Part shown: positions 27,301 to 33,508 of the stretch, piece by piece | Position numbering within the stretch: the first letter of the stretch is position 1 | Layout of the letters: each line of letters begins with the position of its first letter | Assembly (NCBI GenBank): GCA_029563245.1 | Contig: JAKQSG010000009.1 | Span: forward strand, 1-33,508 | Source of the DNA: Candidatus Omnitrophota bacterium | GTDB lineage: Bacteria; Omnitrophota; Gorgyraeia; Gygaellales; Profunditerraquicolaceae | Length of the DNA: 33,508 nucleotides | Reading direction: 5' to 3' | Notes under the pieces: model-generated | Database searches by the model: none | What the model saw: the letters and a program-made list of their open reading frames with translations, nothing else | What the model was told of the DNA's origin: nothing | Program-made: the position numbers and the translations under genes

Positions 27301-29034
27301 ATGAGTAAAAAAATACCAATTCTACTTCTGGCCGTAATTTCCATATTTTTAGTCGGCGAAGCTGCTTTTGCTCAAGAGATCACCTTGCTTTATACCGGCC
27401 AAACACACGCTATGCTCTATCCCTGCGATTGTCCGGTTGAGGCTGATGGCGGCGTAGCCAGGAGGGCGGCTTTAATTAAGCAGTTAAGAAAAAGCAATCC
27501 TAACACATTGCTTTTGGATTCCGGTAATTATTTCGCCGGCGGATTATTGGATCAGGTTACGCAGAATACCCAATTAGATATGCAAAGGACCATTGTTAAC
27601 TTGCGCGCGATGGAGCTAATGCAATATGATGCATTAAATCTCAGTAATGATGAATTTAATTTTGGGGAAAGGTTCTTTGAGGATAGCGCAGCCAAACTTA
27701 AGTTGAATTTTGTATCTTCGAACATTCAATCCGAGAGGATATCCTACTATATAATTAAGGAAATAGCAGGGATAAAGATAGGTATCGTTGGTTTGGCTAA
27801 CCATAAGGCTAAGGAAAAGTTATCTGTCTTAAGTTTTTCAGAGCCTCTTGCGGCTTTGAAAGATTCGGTAGCAAAGCTTAAGGAGAGAGGCGTAGATATT
27901 GTTATCCTCTTAAGCAATATAGGTTCGGAAGAATGCCAGAGGTTGGTTAAGGAGGTGCCTGGTATTGATTTGGTTTTAGAGGGAGGCGGTTCTTTTAAGG
28001 AGGACATTTCGTATAAGAAAGGCGAGACGATATTCTTAAGGCCCGTATGGCAGGCGCGTAAGCTTGGCAAGGCGGTCTTAAAGATTAAGAATAAAAAGAT
28101 AGTTGATTCAAAGACAGAAGAGATCAGGGTTTCTGATAAAATAACCGATGACCCACAGGTACTTTCAATATTGCCCCGCTGTTTTTCTGATAATAACTGC
28201 AAGAAAGACGGCCTTGTCGGTTCCTGCCTGGATGCTGGCAGCGATAGTTCCCGCTGCATTTTTAGCGAGGCAGCTAAAGTAAGGTTAACAGTGGTTACTT
28301 CTAAGGATTGCGCCGTTTGTAATACTGAGGTTGCGGTTAATTCACTCAGGCAAAAATTACCCGGTTTAGAGGTAGCAAGCCTTTATCACCCTGAGAAAAA
28401 TGCGCTAGCCCTCGTAGAAAAATTGGGTATATCAGGTCTTCCGGCCTATGTTTTAGATAAGGGGATAGAGAAGGCGCAGGCTTTCGATAGCTTAAGGGAC
28501 AGCCTTAATAAGATCGGTGATTACTATGTTTTGAAACCCGAGGTTGCAGGAGTAGCATATCTTTTAGATCGGGAACGTTTTAAGGGTAGGTTAGACGTAT
28601 TTATAAGCTTATACGATAAAGATTCTTTTGAGGTTTTAGGGTTAGTAGGCGATTTTAACCCTAAAATACATTTTCTTGCCATTGCCTTGGATGATGGGTT
28701 TGACGCCCCTAAGGGGATGATGGAGGTTGAAGAAATATTGCGCTGTGTATGCGTGAATAAATATTACCCCGAGCTTTTCTTTGATTATATATCCTGCAGG
28801 GCAAAAAATATTAATAGTTCATGGTGGGAGGATTGTGCAAAGGGTTTAGATACGGATAAGATTAGAGAATGCGCCAGGCAAGGAGAGGGGGGTTCTTTAC
28901 TCAGGGAGAATATCCAGCTAAGTAAGGAGCTAAAGATTATGTTTGGTCCCGTCTATCTGCTGGATAACAAAGAAATCTTTGGCTCTAAGGGTGTTCCTAA
29001 AAAGGAAGATTTCAAGAAAATAATAAAGAGGTGA
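27301..29034 (+). CDS. Secreted multidomain protein: degenerate UshA/5'-nucleotidase-like N-domain, Cys-rich module, thioredoxin-like (CAVC) and GILT/DsbA-like domains
   Basis: Signal peptide ending AFA; LYPCDC...GGVARR; LLLDSGN; SNDEF; four-Cys segment; CAVC; C-terminal G..EVEE.LR..C..KYYP..F.DY..CR pattern. Confidence 0.6.
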   Translation: MSKKIPILLLAVISIFLVGEAAFAQEITLLYTGQTHAMLYPCDCPVEADGGVARRAALIKQLRKSNPNTLLLDSGNYFAGGLLDQVTQNTQLDMQRTIVNLRAMELMQYDALNLSNDEFNFGERFFEDSAAKLKLNFVSSNIQSERISYYIIKEIAGIKIGIVGLANHKAKEKLSVLSFSEPLAALKDSVAKLKERGVDIVILLSNIGSEECQRLVKEVPGIDLVLEGGGSFKEDISYKKGETIFLRPVWQARKLGKAVLKIKNKKIVDSKTEEIRVSDKITDDPQVLSILPRCFSDNNCKKDGLVGSCLDAGSDSSRCIFSEAAKVRLTVVTSKDCAVCNTEVAVNSLRQKLPGLEVASLYHPEKNALALVEKLGISGLPAYVLDKGIEKAQAFDSLRDSLNKIGDYYVLKPEVAGVAYLLDRERFKGRLDVFISLYDKDSFEVLGLVGDFNPKIHFLAIALDDGFDAPKGMMEVEEILRCVCVNKYYPELFFDYISCRAKNINSSWWEDCAKGLDTDKIRECARQGEGGSLLRENIQLSKELKIMFGPVYLLDNKEIFGSKGVPKKEDFKKIIKR

Positions 29035-29037
29035 GAG

Positions 29038-30276
29038 ATGAATAAGAAACCAAAGATATCGTTAATTGATGTAACTAACCGTGACGGAGTGCAGACTTCG
29101 CGGATATGCCTCTCCAAGCTCCAAAAGACTATGCTTAATCTTTACCTGGATGAAATGGGGGTATTTCAGTCGGAGTTTGGCTTTCCATTAACGCGCCACG
29201 AAACTAATTATCTTAATGCAAATTTAGATCTGGTTAAAAAAGGGGTCATTGCTTCTATCAGGCTGGGAGGCTGGCTAAGGGCGACCAGCGATGATGTTAA
29301 GAAGGCATTTAAGCTAATTCCCAATTTAAAACATCTTAATCTATCAATATCTACATCAGATCAGATGATCGTAAATAAATTTAAAGGAAAGCTGGATCAT
29401 GCTTCGGTAATAAAGGAAATGACTGAGGCGGTTCATGAAGCCCGTAGCCTGGGCGCCAATTCAATAGGGGTTAATGCCGAGGACGCTTCGCGTACAAAGA
29501 TTGACTATCTGATTGAGTTTGCTCAAAACGCAAAGAAGGCCGGGGCAGAAAGAATTCGTTATTGCGATACATTAGGCTATGACACGCCATTTAGCATTTA
29601 CGAGAGGATAAAAACTTTAGCCGAATCAGTAAAGATCCCGATAGAGATACACTGTCATAATGATTTGGGGTTGGTGGTGGCTAATTCTATCGCCGGTGCT
29701 CGCGCAGCTAATGATGCCGGGGTAGATACCTATATTAATACTTGCGTAAACGGTATGGGGGAGCGCGCGGGCAATGCGGATTTAGTTTCGGTTATCCTGG
29801 CGATAAAGTACGGTAGCGGGATGGAGGGGTATGTCCTTGATGAAAAGATTGACCTAAAGAAGTCTTGGAAGGTATGCAAGTATGCCTCCTATGCTTTCGG
29901 GGTGCCCATACCGATAAATCAACCGGGGATTGGGGCTAATGCCTTTGCGCATGAGTCAGGTATTCATGCTGACGGCGCCTTAAAGGATAGGCGTAATTAC
30001 GAACTCTATGATTTCGAAGAGCTTGGCAGGGGGGAACCGGAGATTATTGAGACCGGGCGTAAGATTACCGCCGGTGAATACTCGGGGATTAAGGGCTTCA
30101 GGAATGTTTACGAGAAGATAGAGGTTGCTTTTGCTAGCGATGCTGAGGCTACTCAAGTGTTGGAATTGGTCAGGTATGCCAATGTGCATAACCAGAAGCC
30201 TTTGGTTGATGACGAGCTTAAATTTATCGCCAAATACCCCGATATCGCACGTAAAATATTTACCATGACGCCGTAA
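29038..30276 (+). CDS. DRE-TIM metallolyase (homocitrate synthase/LeuA family); probable Re-citrate synthase
   Basis: DVTNRDGVQT, AEDASRT, YCDTLG, HCHNDLG, GMGERAGNA and HESGIHADG. No LeuA regulatory domain. Confidence 0.8.
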   Translation: MNKKPKISLIDVTNRDGVQTSRICLSKLQKTMLNLYLDEMGVFQSEFGFPLTRHETNYLNANLDLVKKGVIASIRLGGWLRATSDDVKKAFKLIPNLKHLNLSISTSDQMIVNKFKGKLDHASVIKEMTEAVHEARSLGANSIGVNAEDASRTKIDYLIEFAQNAKKAGAERIRYCDTLGYDTPFSIYERIKTLAESVKIPIEIHCHNDLGLVVANSIAGARAANDAGVDTYINTCVNGMGERAGNADLVSVILAIKYGSGMEGYVLDEKIDLKKSWKVCKYASYAFGVPIPINQPGIGANAFAHESGIHADGALKDRRNYELYDFEELGRGEPEIIETGRKITAGEYSGIKGFRNVYEKIEVAFASDAEATQVLELVRYANVHNQKPLVDDELKFIAKYPDIARKIFTMTP

Positions 30277-30329
30277 ATTTATAAACAAGGCAGCATAAGA
30301 ATGCAAACAAAATGAAAAGGGTAAAATAA

Positions 30330-31625
<1,296 letters not shown>

Positions 31626-31656
31626 TAACTTTCAAAAGAAGAAGGAGAGGTATAAT

Positions 31657-32283
31657 ATGAAAAACTATTTAAAGATCTTATTGGTGTTTGTGGTAAGCTG
31701 TGCTTTAACCGGATGTACTTTTATTATCCAGAAAGGTAAAAGATCGGATGCCTTAAAGATTGAAGAGCTTTCTAATCAATTAGATGAGTTATCCCAGGCG
31801 AAAAAGCTTTTGGAAGAGAGATTAGGTAAGGAGATATCCGATAAGCAGATTAAGCTGCAGATGATGGAGAAGGGGCTGGTTATTACGGTAGTCGGGGATC
31901 TTTTGTTTGATTCGGGAAAAGCGCAAATAAGACAAGAGGCTTATTCTTTGTTGGATAAGGTTTCTAGGGTCTTAAAAGATAATATGGGTAGCTTTAATAT
32001 AGGCATAGAAGGCTATACGGACAACGTTGCGATAAAGCATTCCAGCTGGAAGTCTAACTGGGAACTATCTACTGCCCGTTCTTTAAGCGTTTTACATTTC
32101 TTAGTTAATGAAAAAGGTATTTCTCCAGAGCGTCTCTCAGCGATTGGTTTTGGCGAATACCGACCGGTTGCCACTAATGATACAAGAGAGGGCAGGAAAT
32201 TAAACCGCCGGGTTGAAATTGTTATACAGCCAAAGATATCCAAGGTAAAAGATGGCGGCAGCCTCGGGGAGAATCTAAAATAA
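31657..32283 (+). CDS. OmpA/MotB-family peptidoglycan-binding lipoprotein
   Basis: Signal peptide with lipobox LTGC, a short coiled coil, then LLFDSGKA, IEGYTD, NWELSTARS, G.GEYRPVA.N and NRRVEI. True start is ATG 31657, not 31504. Confidence 0.88.
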   Translation: MKNYLKILLVFVVSCALTGCTFIIQKGKRSDALKIEELSNQLDELSQAKKLLEERLGKEISDKQIKLQMMEKGLVITVVGDLLFDSGKAQIRQEAYSLLDKVSRVLKDNMGSFNIGIEGYTDNVAIKHSSWKSNWELSTARSLSVLHFLVNEKGISPERLSAIGFGEYRPVATNDTREGRKLNRRVEIVIQPKISKVKDGGSLGENLK

Positions 32284-32298
32284 GGCAAGGCCGGTTCA

Positions 32299-32682
32299 AT
32301 GGAAGTTTTATCGAAAAATAAACCAGTATTAATCTTATCGGTTTTATGCGTATTGCTCTTTGTTCTTAATATAGGCTCTTGCATAAATTCACAGGGTAAG
32401 GCATCTGCGTACAGAAAAGAGATGGCGCAGAGGTTTGATGTCGAGGAGAAAATAGCTAAGCTTTCCCAGGAAAAGGCCCTGCTTGTGGAGACATTGAAGG
32501 CACAAGAAAAAGAATCTCAAGAGGATAAGGCTGCTTTAGAGGTGGCTAAAAAAGCCCTGCTTCAGGAGCAGCTTGTTTGCCAGACGATTAAGGATGATCT
32601 GCAGAAATTAACTAAGATTAATGAATCGTTAGAATTGAAATTAAAGGAATCTTTAAAAACCGTGAAAAGGGTTAAAAAATGA
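32299..32682 (+). CDS. Hypothetical membrane-anchored coiled-coil protein
   Basis: N-terminal hydrophobic helix ending IGSC, then ~90 aa of E/K/L/Q-rich heptad sequence. Confidence 0.7.
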   Translation: MEVLSKNKPVLILSVLCVLLFVLNIGSCINSQGKASAYRKEMAQRFDVEEKIAKLSQEKALLVETLKAQEKESQEDKAALEVAKKALLQEQLVCQTIKDDLQKLTKINESLELKLKESLKTVKRVKK

Positions 32683-32724
32683 TATAGGGGGGCGATAAAA
32701 GAACAGTGCTTTTCAAGGTTCTTT

Positions 32725-32749
32725 AAAGGGGATGGATTTCCCCTTTTTT
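32725..32749 (+). terminator. Rho-independent terminator
   Basis: AAAGGGGA-TGGATT-TCCCCTTT stem-loop ending in a T6 run. Confidence 0.75.
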
Positions 32750-32773
32750 ATTGCCAAGAAAGCGGAGGGATAT

Positions 32774-33508
32774 ATGGCTAAAATAAAGAAGGTTAAGCCG
32801 AAAACAAAGTCTAAAATAAAATTAAAGAAGTCAATGCCTAAGGCCAAATCAGCTAGTAAGATTAAGAAGGTAAGGCATGCTAAGGCTAGCCTTGTGCCTA
32901 AGGAGAAAAAGGATGATTTAAGCAAGCAGGAAGTAGTTATAGGCGCGGTAAAGTTTTCGCATGCCAAGTCAATGCTTATGCAGGATTATTCTCAGCGCGA
33001 GTTACCTTCCAGGTATGGCAGGGATATGATGGTTTTAGCAGTAAGGGACCCCTGGTGGCTGTATACTTATTGGGAAGTTAAAGATTCTACCTGGAATAAA
33101 TTCAGGGAAGAACTTAGGGAAGAATTCAACAAGGCTAAGAGGGTGTTGCGTGTTTATGATGTCAGCAGTATTCTCTTTAACGGTTTTAACGCAAATAAAT
33201 TCTTCGATATAGAGGTGCGCGAAGATGCCTTAAGCTGGTATATAGATATTGCCGTCCCGGGTAGGTCTTGGTGCGTAGACTTCGGGCTTCTATTGGCCGA
33301 CGGAAGGTTCATTACCATATTACGTTCTAATGTTGTGGAGACGCCTCTTGACGGTCCTTCTTGGATTACGGATGAAGAATGGATGGTACCGGAGGAGATG
33401 TTTATGCGTCTTTACGGAATGGGGTTTGGTTTGGGGAAGACTTCTCCGGCGGGAGGGGTTTGGCGTAAGGGCGCTGTAAGTTCTCCGGGTATTGCTTCAA
33501 TGGCAAGC
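32774..33508 (+). CDS. DUF4912 domain protein with Lys-rich N-terminus, 3'-truncated by the window edge (absent from the ORF track)
   Basis: SD GGAGG then ATG 32774. Reads MAKIKKVKPKTKSKIKLKK...ELPSRYGRDMMVLAVRDPWWLYTYWEV...LRVYDV...WYI...RSNVVETP and stays open to the window end. Confidence 0.85.
   Translation, partial: MAKIKKVKPKTKSKIKLKKSMPKAKSASKIKKVRHAKASLVPKEKKDDLSKQEVVIGAVKFSHAKSMLMQDYSQRELPSRYGRDMMVLAVRDPWWLYTYWEVKDSTWNKFREELREEFNKAKRVLRVYDVSSILFNGFNANKFFDIEVREDALSWYIDIAVPGRSWCVDFGLLLADGRFITILRSNVVETPLDGPSWITDEEWMVPEEMFMRLYGMGFGLGKTSPAGGVWRKGAVSSPGIASMAS

Noticed and set aside
27424-27444. Selenocysteine recoding in the UshA-like CxC motif
   Set aside because: Codons are TGC-GAT-TGT; nearby TGA triplets are out of frame.

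Overview
This is a gene-dense, AT-rich bacterial chromosome segment with every credible gene on the + strand, many translationally coupled, and a visibly G/purine-rich + strand (consistent with the leading strand). It reads as core genome of a diderm, probably anaerobic bacterium; the gene style resembles PVC/Candidatus Omnitrophota, but that is inference only. Gene order: 'aroC-spoVG-aroK-dprA-topA-xerC, then a ~17 kb LPS cluster (waaA, STAS-PilZ, HAD hydrolase, half-size UPF0016, lpxK, LpxL-ELM1 fusion, GT4-GT9 fusion, GT4, two GT9, HldE kinase domain, kdsB-kdsA-kdsD-kdsC, LptC-LptA fusion, lptB), then tig (no PPIase domain)-clpP, class V aminotransferase-serA, a secreted Cys-rich multidomain protein, a probable Re-citrate synthase, purA, an OmpA/MotB lipoprotein, a coiled-coil protein and a truncated DUF4912 gene. 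I saw no tRNA, rRNA, CRISPR array or mobile element. No complete novel system can be proven from sequence alone. The best leads are the secreted pseudo-phosphoesterase/thioredoxin/GILT-like protein, the c-di-GMP STAS-PilZ and Mn-transporter genes inside the LPS operon, several domain fusions or losses, an RBS-sequestering hairpin before spoVG, and a frameshifted GT9 relic.
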